A DNA stretch of 64,000 nt from Candidatus Marinacidobacterales bacterium (GTDB lineage: Bacteria; Acidobacteriota; Vicinamibacteria; Marinacidobacterales; DATDRI01). Below are positions 1 through 9,246 of this stretch, piece by piece. The stretch covers positions 160,001 through 224,000 of the forward strand of contig CBDCNP010000002.1 of the NCBI GenBank assembly GCA_965219415.1. Direction: 5' to 3'. The position numbers were made by a program, and so were the translations under genes. Under the pieces are notes generated by a model. The model searched no databases. It saw nothing but the letters and a program-made list of their open reading frames with translations, and had not been told where the DNA came from. Positions within the stretch are counted from its first letter, which is position 1; each line of letters starts with the position of its first letter.

Positions 1-1368
1 CTCGGCATGTGTCAGAGCCGGCTCGAAGAGCACAAGCTGGCGGATCGGGTTGAGCTCGTAACCGTGGCGCCCGGGGAGAGCCAGACTATCGGACCGTTTC
101 AGATCGATTTCATACGCGTCTCACACAGCTTGGCAGACAGTATGGCGCTCGCTATCGAGACTCCTTACGGCCGCGTCATCCACACTGGTGACTTCAAGTT
201 CGATCAGTCTCCGGTCGTCGGTGAGCCTATCGACATGCACCGTTTGGCAGCCTATGGAGAAAAAGGGGTGATGGCGCTGCTCTCCGACTCGACCAACAGC
301 GAAGTGTCCGGTCACACCGGCTCGGAGAAAGACGTCACCGATGCTTTCGAAGAAATTATCAGCCGAACGCCTTTCCGCGTCTTCGTCGCGTGTTTCACCT
401 CGAGCACTCACCGGATCCAGCTAGCCATCGACCTGGCCGCGAAATACGGACGCAAGGTTGCGCTGCTCGGGCGGAGCATGTCACAGAACGTGAACACCGC
501 GATGGATCTCGGCTACATGCGCGTACCGGGCGAACTTCTCATTCGCCCTGCCGACATCCCGAAGATCCCCCGGAACAAACTTCTCGTCCTTACCGCCGGC
601 AGCCAGGGCGAGCCTTTTTCGGCGCTTTCCCAAATCGCCATCGATAACCACAAACACGCGGCCATCGAACCCGGAGATGCGGTGATCCTTTCGGCACGCG
701 TCATTCCTGGAAACACCCGTGCGGTCTCTCGAGTTATCAATCACTTGTACCGTCGCGGAGCGGAAGTCATCCAACCCTCCTCGGCCCGTGTACACGTGTC
801 TGGCCACGGAAGTGCCGAGGAGCTCAAGCTCATGTTGAACTTGGTGCGTCCACGCTACTTCATCCCGATTCACGGCGAGTTTCGGCAATTGGTTTCGCAC
901 GCCCGCATCGCCGCAGGCCTAGGCCTTCCAAACGAGCGAATTCTCTTGGCCGAGGACGGTGACGTCATCGCCTTCGATGAGCAAGGGGGGCGCATTACTC
1001 GCAAGGAGGAAACGGGCAGGGTTTTCGTCGACGGAAGCGGGCTCGGCGATGTCGGCGATATCGTCCTCCGGGATCGGCAACATCTGTCTGAAGGAGGCAT
1101 CGTCATTCCCGTAGTTTCCATCAACAAACAAACCGGTCGGGTCGAGACCCCGCCGGAGATCATCACCCGCGGTTTTCTGGCGGGAGAAGATGACTCGCTC
1201 CTCGACGAGGTCAGGGATTTGGTTATCGCAACGGTAGAAGACTCCCCCCCCGAAGAGGTCGCGGACTGGGGCCTCATTAAGGACAAGATTCAAACCGCGC
1301 TCCGACGGTTCTTCCGGAAGCGCACGCAGCGTCGCCCGATGATCCTTCCGGTGGTGATGGAGGGTTAG
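1..1368 (+). CDS. rnj: Ribonuclease J (5'-truncated by window edge)
   Basis: Metallo-beta-lactamase/beta-CASP motifs VSHS, HTGDFK, LLSDSTN, HVSGH, PIHGE; C-terminal RRPMILPV. Confidence 0.95.
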   Translation, partial: LGMCQSRLEEHKLADRVELVTVAPGESQTIGPFQIDFIRVSHSLADSMALAIETPYGRVIHTGDFKFDQSPVVGEPIDMHRLAAYGEKGVMALLSDSTNSEVSGHTGSEKDVTDAFEEIISRTPFRVFVACFTSSTHRIQLAIDLAAKYGRKVALLGRSMSQNVNTAMDLGYMRVPGELLIRPADIPKIPRNKLLVLTAGSQGEPFSALSQIAIDNHKHAAIEPGDAVILSARVIPGNTRAVSRVINHLYRRGAEVIQPSSARVHVSGHGSAEELKLMLNLVRPRYFIPIHGEFRQLVSHARIAAGLGLPNERILLAEDGDVIAFDEQGGRITRKEETGRVFVDGSGLGDVGDIVLRDRQHLSEGGIVIPVVSINKQTGRVETPPEIITRGFLAGEDDSLLDEVRDLVIATVEDSPPEEVADWGLIKDKIQTALRRFFRKRTQRRPMILPVVMEG

Positions 1369-1369
1369 C

Positions 1370-2167
1370 TTGAGCCTCTACACCGCCATTTTGCTCGGGC
1401 TTATTCAGGGACTCACCGAGTTCCTCCCCATTTCCAGCTCAGGCCATCTTGCTGTTGCGCAGCACTTCGTACAGGGTTTCAGCCAGCCGGTGATTTTTGA
1501 TATCGTGTTGCATCTGGGAACACTACTCGCGGTACTGATTTACTTCCGGAGGGAGGTTGCTCTGCTCGTGCGGTCTCTCGCCCCGGGCGACAGCGGCACC
1601 GTGTGGCGCCGCCTGTGGATCATGCTGATAGTGGGGACGACACCCGCGGTCATGGTGGGCTTCCTACTGGGCGGCTTAGTGGAGCGAAGTTTCGAGCAAC
1701 TTTGGGTTGTGGGTCTCGGCCTCATCGTAACCGGAACGCTCCTGCTCAGCTCCCGGGCGCTTACGCGCGAGGGGCGGGACCTCGCCCAACTCGACGTCCG
1801 GGACGCGCTGACGGTCGGTTTGTTTCAAGGCGCTGCGTTGTTGCCGGGAATCTCTCGCTCCGGTTCGACGATCGTTGGAGGGTTGATGCGGGGCCTCTCC
1901 CATGACGCGGCGGCACGGTTTTCCTTTCTTCTTTCCATACCCGCGATACTCGGGGCGGCGGTCTTGAAACTTCCCGGAGCGCGCCTGGCCGAGGCGGGAG
2001 CGGTGGCCGGTTATGTCGCCGGTTTTGCCACTGCCTTCGTGGTCGGCTACATTTGCATCGGCGTCGTCTTGCGGCTTTTAGCAGTCAAGCGTTTCCATCT
2101 CTTGGGCTACTACTGCTTGACGGCAGGAGGGGCGATTCTTGTCTACGTCGCGTTCACTCTATCGTAA
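1370..2167 (+). CDS. uppP: Undecaprenyl-diphosphate phosphatase (BacA)
   Basis: QGLTEFLPISSSGH and PGISRSGST motifs; multiple TM segments. Confidence 0.95.
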   Translation: MSLYTAILLGLIQGLTEFLPISSSGHLAVAQHFVQGFSQPVIFDIVLHLGTLLAVLIYFRREVALLVRSLAPGDSGTVWRRLWIMLIVGTTPAVMVGFLLGGLVERSFEQLWVVGLGLIVTGTLLLSSRALTREGRDLAQLDVRDALTVGLFQGAALLPGISRSGSTIVGGLMRGLSHDAAARFSFLLSIPAILGAAVLKLPGARLAEAGAVAGYVAGFATAFVVGYICIGVVLRLLAVKRFHLLGYYCLTAGGAILVYVAFTLS

Positions 2168-4394
2168 AGCAGCCGAAATAGAGCGTTCGGCACACCGCGA
2201 ACGTCTTTCGGAAGTCGTTGGGGTTGGCCTGCTCGCCCTTTCATTGATGGTGATGGTCAGCCTCATGTCGTACTCCCCGGGAGATCCCGCGTGGTACTTC
2301 AAGGAGACTTCCCGGCTTGCGACCGAGAACTTGATCGGACCGGCCGGAGCGTTCTTATCGGAAGCGCTCTTTCAACTGCTGGGTCTTGCCGCCTATAGTG
2401 TGGTGGTACTCTTGGCCGTGACGGGGTGGAACAGGTTCTGGTGCCACAAGACCGACGCGGGCTGGTCGAAGAACGTCGGACTGGTGAGCACGGTGCTGAG
2501 CCTCGCGGGTCTTCTCGCCCTCTCGCTCCAGGAGGTGCCTCTCAAAGGCGTCCTTATGCCAGCCGGGGGTGCGATCGGACATCTCCTGGCGGCCTACCTC
2601 TCGTATGGGCTCGGTGAAGCCGGTGCGTTCATTCTTCTCGTCACGACACTCTTCGCCGCGATCATGGTGGCCACTCGTTGGTCGCTCAGTCAGGGTGTGA
2701 AGCGTTTATCCACATGGCAGCACGCCAAAGCGGCGGACTTGATCACCGCGTTCGCCCATTTTCGTGAGCGCCGACGCAAGGAGAAACTTCGCGATCGGGT
2801 CGTCAAAAAACATGCTCGGCGCGTTGTCGATACCGCGAAGAGCAAAGCCAAGCTCAAAGACGATGCGGTCGCTCGCGTCGAACAAACCAAGGCCAAGCCG
2901 AACAAACAAGAGATGCTGCCCTTCACGCCCAAGAAGGGTCGTTGGAGCATGCCTCCGTTTACGATCCTCGAGGCGCGTCCAGAAGAAGAAAAGCTGGATG
3001 ACAAGGAGCTCATGGAGCGGGCGAAACTACTCCAAGAGCGTTGTCGCGAGTTCTCCGTCGACGGACAAGTCCTTCAGATACATCCCGGCCCGGTCGTCAC
3101 GACGTTCGAGTTCAAACCGGACGCCGGGATCAAGTACAACAAGATCACCGCCCTCGCCGATGACCTCTGCCTCGCGCTGCAAGCCGAGTCGGTCCGCATC
3201 GATCGCATCTCTGGAAAATCTACGGTCGGAATCGAGATCCCCAACCCCAATCGGGAGGTCATCGGTCTGCGAGAACTTCTGGAGTCCGAGGTCTTTCAGT
3301 CGAGCGCTTCACGCCTCACGGTTGCGCTGGGCAAGGGAATCGACGGAGCCTCCAACGTCACTGATCTCACTCGCATGCCACATCTTCTCATCGCCGGGGC
3401 AACCGGCAGTGGCAAGTCGATCCTGCTGAACGCCTTGATCTGCTCGGTCCTCTACAAATCGACGCCGGACGAGGTGAAGTTGATCTTGATCGATCCTAAA
3501 CGGCTCGAGCTGGGGTCGTACCAGGATATCCCCCATTTGCTGACTCCCGTGGTGACCGATCCCAAGCAAGCCAGTGAGGTCCTCAAGTGGGCCGTCTTCG
3601 AAATGGAAAATCGGATCAAGATGCTCGCCTCGGAAGGCGTGCGAAACATCGACCAATACAACAATATCCTGAAGGGAGCCATCGAGGCCGGCGAGATCAA
3701 GGAAGACCAGGACGGTGACCCGCTTCGCCCACTGCCCTACATAATGCTGATCATCGATGAGCTGGCCGACCTCATGATGGTCTCGTCTTCGGACGTGGAA
3801 GACTCCATCACCCGTCTCGCTCAGATGGCGCGGGCGGTTGGGATCCACCTGGTATTGGCCACGCAGCGTCCTTCGGTGGACGTGATTACCGGAATCATTA
3901 AAGCCAACTTCCCGTCTCGGATCGCCTTCCGGATGCCTTCACGAGTCGACTCACGGACGATTCTCGATGCCAATGGCGCCGAGCAGCTTCTCGGAAAGGG
4001 CGACTTGCTCTTCTTGCCCCCCGGCTCGGCCCGCCTGAGTCGTCTGCACGGCGCGTACGTATCGGAGGCCGAGGTCGGTCGACTCGTCTCCTTCTGGAGA
4101 AAAGCAGGCAAGCCCGAGTACAATCTCACCATATTGCAGGAACAGGAAAGGGCCGCGCTGGGCGACAGCCAGAGAGACGAGCTCTTCGATCAGGCGGCTA
4201 GGCTGGTCGTAGACTCCGGCGTCGCCTCGGTATCCCACCTGCAACGTAGGCTTCGGCTGGGCTACAGCCGGGCAGCTCGAATCGTCGATATGCTCGAAGC
4301 GGACGGGATCGTGGGCCCGCCCGAAGGGTCGAAAGCACGGGAGATCTTGGTTCCCAAGGATTACTTCGATGAGGTGGATCGACAACTCCGCTAG
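2139..4394 (+). CDS. ftsK: DNA translocase FtsK/SpoIIIE (start uncertain)
   Basis: N-terminal TM domain, Walker A GATGSGKS, IIDELADLM, LATQRPS, gamma domain LQRRLRLGYSRAARIVD. Confidence 0.95.
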   Translation: MSTSRSLYRKAAEIERSAHRERLSEVVGVGLLALSLMVMVSLMSYSPGDPAWYFKETSRLATENLIGPAGAFLSEALFQLLGLAAYSVVVLLAVTGWNRFWCHKTDAGWSKNVGLVSTVLSLAGLLALSLQEVPLKGVLMPAGGAIGHLLAAYLSYGLGEAGAFILLVTTLFAAIMVATRWSLSQGVKRLSTWQHAKAADLITAFAHFRERRRKEKLRDRVVKKHARRVVDTAKSKAKLKDDAVARVEQTKAKPNKQEMLPFTPKKGRWSMPPFTILEARPEEEKLDDKELMERAKLLQERCREFSVDGQVLQIHPGPVVTTFEFKPDAGIKYNKITALADDLCLALQAESVRIDRISGKSTVGIEIPNPNREVIGLRELLESEVFQSSASRLTVALGKGIDGASNVTDLTRMPHLLIAGATGSGKSILLNALICSVLYKSTPDEVKLILIDPKRLELGSYQDIPHLLTPVVTDPKQASEVLKWAVFEMENRIKMLASEGVRNIDQYNNILKGAIEAGEIKEDQDGDPLRPLPYIMLIIDELADLMMVSSSDVEDSITRLAQMARAVGIHLVLATQRPSVDVITGIIKANFPSRIAFRMPSRVDSRTILDANGAEQLLGKGDLLFLPPGSARLSRLHGAYVSEAEVGRLVSFWRKAGKPEYNLTILQEQERAALGDSQRDELFDQAARLVVDSGVASVSHLQRRLRLGYSRAARIVDMLEADGIVGPPEGSKAREILVPKDYFDEVDRQLR

Positions 4395-6216
4395 ACACAC
4401 CCTGATCATCGCCGTCGTTCTCCTGATCGTAGTGTCTGTTGTTGGCGCCTTACCGGCAACGGCCACCGCCGAGAAGTCCGCCGGCAGCCTCTACGACGAA
4501 GCTGTCGCCGCAGAAAAGAAGCTCGCCTCTTCCAAGAGCCTGCAAGGGCAAAAAGATGTCTGGCTCAGGGTCGCGCGACGGTACCACCAAGTAGTACTGA
4601 CCCACCCACGCAGCGGCTATTGTGACGATGCGCTCTACCGCGAGGGCGAGCTCTATCGAAAAGCTGGCAGCCGTTTTCGAGATCGAGATGCTACGCGCCG
4701 GGCCTTGGATGCCTACCTTCTTTTGGTAGACGGCTACCCCAAGAGCAAATGGTGCCCCGCGGCGCGACTGGCGCGCGCCGACATCTATCTCAATCAGCTC
4801 TCGAACGAGAAGGCGGCCCGCAAAGAGATTGGGGAGGTTCTCGATGAGTGGCCGAAGAGCAACGAGGCCGCGGAAGCCAGGCGCATCTTGGCCAAGCTCG
4901 ACAAGAAAAATGCGCCTCCCACCAAACGTGCGTCCGGCTCGGGCCGCGTCGAAGTTCGGAACATCCGGCAATGGTCGGGAAAGGAATATACCCGGATCGT
5001 CATCGACACTTCCGACGAAGTGAAGTTCAAGCGCGCGCGTCTGACTAATCCCGACCGAATCTACTTCGACCTCTTGAATACTCGCCTATCCGAGAGCCTC
5101 GCTTCCGAGACGTTTCCAGTGGGAGACGGTTTCCTTCAACGGATTCGTGTCGGACAGAACAAGCCAGACGTGGTTCGCGTGGTCTTGGACTTCGAAAGCA
5201 TCAGCCGCTACAACGCCTTCTCGCTTCCGGACCCCCATCGTCTGGTGGTCGATATCTTGGGGATGAAGCCCGAGAGGCCTGCGAAAGCCGCGCCCACTCC
5301 GACCGTGGCCTCCAAACCACCAGCGCCGTCCCCGACTTCGACCGGCCGCGAGACTGCCGAGGCTAGCGATACTTCCAAGGAGTCGATAGCCGTCGCCGCC
5401 GACGCGACGCCGCCCGAAACCACCACTCTACCGTTACCGCCGCAGCCAACCTCCGAGGGTCGCTTTCCCCTATCGAGGCAATTGGGACTCGAGGCGCGGA
5501 GGGTGATCATCGATCCGGGTCACGGCGGGCGCGACCCGGGCGCGATGAAAAACGGCTTGCGCGAAAAAGAGCTCGTATTAGACATCTCCCGCCGAGTCGC
5601 TAAGTTCTTGGAAGCGGACGGGAGCTACGAAGTGATCTTGACGCGCAACACCGACGTCTTCGTTCCCCTCGAGGAGCGTACGGCGATCGCCAACTCCCGC
5701 GGGGCTGACCTCTTCATCTCCATACACGCGAACTCCAGCCGGAACCGCCGGGCTCGAGGCCTAGAAACCTACTATCTCAACCTCGCGACTTCCCCCGAGG
5801 CCGAAGAAACTGCGGCGCGCGAGAACGCCATCAGCACCCGACGGATGACGGAGCTCCAAGAGCTCTTGAGTCGGATCATGAACAACAGCAAGATCGCGGA
5901 GTCGAGGGAGTTCGCCCACTACGTTCAGGATTCAATGGTGGACAACGTGGTGAAGAACGGAAAACAGCGAACGCGCGACTTGGGGGTCAAGACCGCGCCG
6001 TTTTACGTCTTGCTCGGCGCCAACATGCCTAGCGTGCTGGTAGAGGTATCCTTCGTCTCCAACCCGGATGACGCGAAGCTGCTGTCATCGGGTGACTTTC
6101 GACACCAGATCGCGGAGTCGATCGTAAAGGGAATCCGCGGCTATACGACGTCGCTGAAGGGGGTAGCTCACGTTTCAGCGACCCCACCCACCGAAAGTTT
6201 CGCCCAACCCCGCTAG
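4369..6216 (+). CDS. N-acetylmuramoyl-L-alanine amidase with N-terminal TPR and AMIN domains
   Basis: Signal peptide, TPR-like helices, AMIN (RIVID...PDRIYFD; RVVLD...PHRLVVD), Amidase_3 motifs IDPGHGG, SIHANS, VLVEVSFVSN. Confidence 0.92.
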   Translation: MRWIDNSARHTLIIAVVLLIVVSVVGALPATATAEKSAGSLYDEAVAAEKKLASSKSLQGQKDVWLRVARRYHQVVLTHPRSGYCDDALYREGELYRKAGSRFRDRDATRRALDAYLLLVDGYPKSKWCPAARLARADIYLNQLSNEKAARKEIGEVLDEWPKSNEAAEARRILAKLDKKNAPPTKRASGSGRVEVRNIRQWSGKEYTRIVIDTSDEVKFKRARLTNPDRIYFDLLNTRLSESLASETFPVGDGFLQRIRVGQNKPDVVRVVLDFESISRYNAFSLPDPHRLVVDILGMKPERPAKAAPTPTVASKPPAPSPTSTGRETAEASDTSKESIAVAADATPPETTTLPLPPQPTSEGRFPLSRQLGLEARRVIIDPGHGGRDPGAMKNGLREKELVLDISRRVAKFLEADGSYEVILTRNTDVFVPLEERTAIANSRGADLFISIHANSSRNRRARGLETYYLNLATSPEAEETAARENAISTRRMTELQELLSRIMNNSKIAESREFAHYVQDSMVDNVVKNGKQRTRDLGVKTAPFYVLLGANMPSVLVEVSFVSNPDDAKLLSSGDFRHQIAESIVKGIRGYTTSLKGVAHVSATPPTESFAQPR

Positions 6217-6219
6217 CAA

Positions 6220-6465
6220 TCAAGCCATCAACTTGAGAGCGATGTACGGCACGAGATTGAGTACGAGGATTGCGATTTTGTATTGCCCTAGATACTGAAA
6301 ATATGCGCGTGACATATCTTCGTCGCTTAACTCGAACATTTTCCCATGAATTTTTGACATTCCACCGCGCACGAAGGCTAGCATCATCGTTGCAACGAGC
6401 AGCATTCCGAAGTTGATGGCAGTGCACCATCCCAAAAATGCGGTGAGTGTTTCCAAAAAGTTCAT
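6220..6465 (-). CDS. Small membrane protein (DUF6868-like)
   Basis: ATG at 6465 after GGAGG; FLGWCTAINFG...HGKMF...YKIAILVLNLVPYIAL pattern; more AT-rich than its neighbours. Confidence 0.7.
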   Translation of the reverse strand: MNFLETLTAFLGWCTAINFGMLLVATMMLAFVRGGMSKIHGKMFELSDEDMSRAYFQYLGQYKIAILVLNLVPYIALKLMA

Positions 6466-6593
6466 TCTAGATTTCCTCCGTCCGCAATGTACCACCAAAA
6501 CCGCGCCGAAATCTCGTCCGGACGAGCAAGGCCGCCGGCTGAGGCCGGCCCTATCAGGCGAGAAACTACCTGAGCTTGATAAAAGGGTTGTCG

Positions 6594-6754
6594 GTGAAGG
6601 CCCCGGCAGCTAAACCCCGTAGCACCACTGGTGCACTAATGCCCCAGGACGAGCTTGGGTCCGATCCGGCTCCCTATCATTGGCGAGGCTTTGAACGGAA
6701 GCACTCCCCAGGGTCAGAATCCTAACAATCGCCATCTCGGGCCGGAGCCTTCAC
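6594..6754 (+). ncRNA. Putative bridge/seek RNA of the IS110 element
   Basis: Closed by GTGAAGGCCCCGGC/GCCGGAGCCTTCAC (13/14 bp); contains CCCTATCA identical to the left flank and GGGTCAG identical to the right end. Confidence 0.7.
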
Positions 6755-6780
6755 TCACAAAAATACATGTGAGGTCAGTG

Positions 6781-8181
6781 ATGCACAAGCGCATGAAAAA
6801 GAGTGGTAGGAAGTCGAAGAATCTGTCGCCGCAATCGCTGCCGGTGACAAGGTCGAAGGTAGCAGGCATCGATATTGGCAGTCGTGAGCATTGGGTATGT
6901 GGGCCGGCCTTGTCGGACGGTAAAGTGAACGTGCGGGTGTTTTCCCCAACGACACCGTCTTTGAATCAAATGGGGGATTGGCTCATCGAGCAAGGAGTCG
7001 AATCGGTTGCGATGGAAAGCACTTACGTCTATTGGATTCCGATTTATGAGTTGCTTGAATCGCGGGGTCTTGAAGTGGTGCTGGTAAATGCTCGACAGTT
7101 AAAAAACGTCCCCGGGCGTAAAACCGATATGCATGACTGTCAGTGGCTGCAGCTGTTACACAGCTGTGGTCTGTTGCGAGGCTCGTTTCGTCCTGGTGAG
7201 TCGATCTGCCGCCTACGCTCGCTTCACCGACAGCGTTGCAGCCTCATCGAGCAGTGTAGTCGAGCTATTCAATGGATACAGAAATCTCTGGACCAAATGA
7301 ACGTTCAGGTCCATCGTGCAGTGACCGACATCACCGGCGTCACAGGCATGCTCATCGTGCGCGCCATCGTTGATGGTGAGCGTGACCCGTCAAAGCTGGC
7401 TGCATTTCGTGACCAACGCTGCAAGAAGAGCGAAGAGGAGATCGCCGAGCATCTTACCGGCACTTGGCGTGACGAGCATCTTTTCAACCTCGCATCGGCT
7501 CTGCGTCTCTACGATGCGCTACAAGCCGAAGTCGAACTGTTCGACCAGCGTATCCTTGAAGTGCTCATCGAAGTGCTCATCGAACTCCAGCCGCCACAAC
7601 GCAGACACCACAACGTGCCAGCTCATCCAAATCCGCAAAAACGATACGACATGCAGCATCGGGGCGAGAGCGAACTGCGCAACGAGCTGTGGCGTTTTGC
7701 TGGATGCGACCTCACCAGGATCGACGGAATCAGTCCAACCACCGCCGCCATTGTCCTCACCGAGATCGGATTCGACCTCTCTGATTTCCCCTTCGAAAAA
7801 TTCTTCGTCTCATGGCTACATCTCGCCCCACGTCGCCCTATCTCCGGCGGTAAACAACTCTCCAAACGCCGCAACGGCGCCGGCTCCAATCGCATCGCCG
7901 GTGCCTTACGTATGGCCGCTGTATCTCTCTCCCGCTCCAAGACCGCCCTAGGCGCTTACTATCGCCGCACTGCTCGCCGTAAAGATGGCAAAACCGCCGT
8001 CTTTGCTACAGCACGCAAGCTCGCCCAGCTCGTCTTCCGCATGCTCAAATATGGCCACGATTACATCGATATCGGCGAACGCGCCTTCGAAGACCGTTTT
8101 CGCCAAAACCACATCAACGGTTTACAAAAGGCAGCCGAAGCTCTCGGATACACCCTCACTCCCCAGGCTTCCGGAGGGTAG
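6781..8181 (+). CDS. IS110-family recombinase/transposase
   Basis: RuvC-like DEDD residues (GIDIG, AMEST, KTDMHD) and C-terminal ISGGK serine motif; start at ATG 6781 or 6793. Confidence 0.95.
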   Translation: MHKRMKKSGRKSKNLSPQSLPVTRSKVAGIDIGSREHWVCGPALSDGKVNVRVFSPTTPSLNQMGDWLIEQGVESVAMESTYVYWIPIYELLESRGLEVVLVNARQLKNVPGRKTDMHDCQWLQLLHSCGLLRGSFRPGESICRLRSLHRQRCSLIEQCSRAIQWIQKSLDQMNVQVHRAVTDITGVTGMLIVRAIVDGERDPSKLAAFRDQRCKKSEEEIAEHLTGTWRDEHLFNLASALRLYDALQAEVELFDQRILEVLIEVLIELQPPQRRHHNVPAHPNPQKRYDMQHRGESELRNELWRFAGCDLTRIDGISPTTAAIVLTEIGFDLSDFPFEKFFVSWLHLAPRRPISGGKQLSKRRNGAGSNRIAGALRMAAVSLSRSKTALGAYYRRTARRKDGKTAVFATARKLAQLVFRMLKYGHDYIDIGERAFEDRFRQNHINGLQKAAEALGYTLTPQASGG

Positions 8182-8264
8182 TTTCGGGTCAGGTTTTTTC
8201 CTGGGAGTTCGCGGTTGGGGGCCCGCGCGCACTAAGTTTGACCCGCTGACAAGACGGCGTTAGC

Positions 8265-8567
8265 ATGAATGTGATGACCTCCTACCTGTTCAATCTCACC
8301 GTATGGCTTCAACAGAAACAAGGCGGCGTCACGTTCATCGACCTGAAGGACCCGAACCCAGACCCGAATTTGGCCTGGGTCATACTGACCACTTTTGTCG
8401 CGATCGGCGTGGCGCTTGCCGTGGCGATCGGAGTCGGTGCAGGATTCGGCCTCCTGCGCATCTGGGTCCGCAAGCGATTTCCCAACAATCGGCTGAACGG
8501 CACCGCGGCCGAGCCGATAACATTTCTCCACCTCGGTCAGGAAGAGCCGGAAGACGACGGTTCATAG
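8265..8567 (+). CDS. Small single-pass membrane hypothetical protein
   Basis: 100-aa ORF with one long hydrophobic helix followed by basic residues. Confidence 0.6.
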   Translation: MNVMTSYLFNLTVWLQQKQGGVTFIDLKDPNPDPNLAWVILTTFVAIGVALAVAIGVGAGFGLLRIWVRKRFPNNRLNGTAAEPITFLHLGQEEPEDDGS

Positions 8568-8646
8568 AGGATCGAAGCCAATCATTCTCCGTCACCCAGG
8601 CCCTCTCCCATAGGGAGAGGGATTACAGTATGGAAGCCAACTTCTT

Positions 8647-9246
8647 TTAGGCTTGCGAGATGAAGACGCGGGCGCGGAGGTCGCGAAGCCCAGGGCCAAG
8701 GGAAGTGCTCAACGTGGCTCCGTGCTCCACCCCGGCCGGAATTGAAAAGCCGACTCGACGGTAGCGCTTTACTTCACCCGTTCCATCGCAGTCCCAGCAC
8801 CAAACCATGAAGCCCTGGCCGGTCCCCTCGCAGGCGTCGCAATCCTCCCCAACCCGGACTTCGAAGCTGAGCGTCCCTCCCTGCCGCGCCTCCTCCGGAG
8901 AGAGCACGATCTCCGCGACAGAATCGGTGGCGCGGCTCCGGCGTCCCCATCGCGGGCGCTTCGGTGTCGAAAGAGGCTCTAACCAGAGCTCGGTCACCGA
9001 ACCCGCCTCTCCACCGTAGGCGACCGGGATTTCAACCCCGAAGGTGAGATCGTAGGCCCGCTTTTTGTGGGGACTGGCCAAAATCTCGTAGGCTTCTTGG
9101 ATGTCGCGAAACCGCTCGACGTCGGCAGTACCCTCGACGTCGGGATGGAACTGTCGAGCCAGACCGCGGTAGGCGCTCTTGATGTCCTCTAGAGAGGCCG
9201 CGGCGGTCACGCCCAGAATGACGTAGTAGTTCTTGGGTGTGCTCAT
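8647..9246 (-). CDS. J-domain (DnaJ-like) protein with partial zinc finger
   Basis: NYYVILGV, HPD motif, EAYEIL; CDACEGTG and CWDCDGTG repeats. Confidence 0.9.
   Translation of the reverse strand: MSTPKNYYVILGVTAAASLEDIKSAYRGLARQFHPDVEGTADVERFRDIQEAYEILASPHKKRAYDLTFGVEIPVAYGGEAGSVTELWLEPLSTPKRPRWGRRSRATDSVAEIVLSPEEARQGGTLSFEVRVGEDCDACEGTGQGFMVWCWDCDGTGEVKRYRRVGFSIPAGVEHGATLSTSLGPGLRDLRARVFISQA

Larger units (their letters stand above)
6554..8193 (+). mobile_element. IS110-family insertion sequence
   Basis: Flanking direct repeat TCAGG (6554-6558, 8189-8193); subterminal inverted repeat GAAACTACC (6562-6570)/GGTAGTTTC (8177-8185); non-coding leader followed by transposase. Confidence 0.85.
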
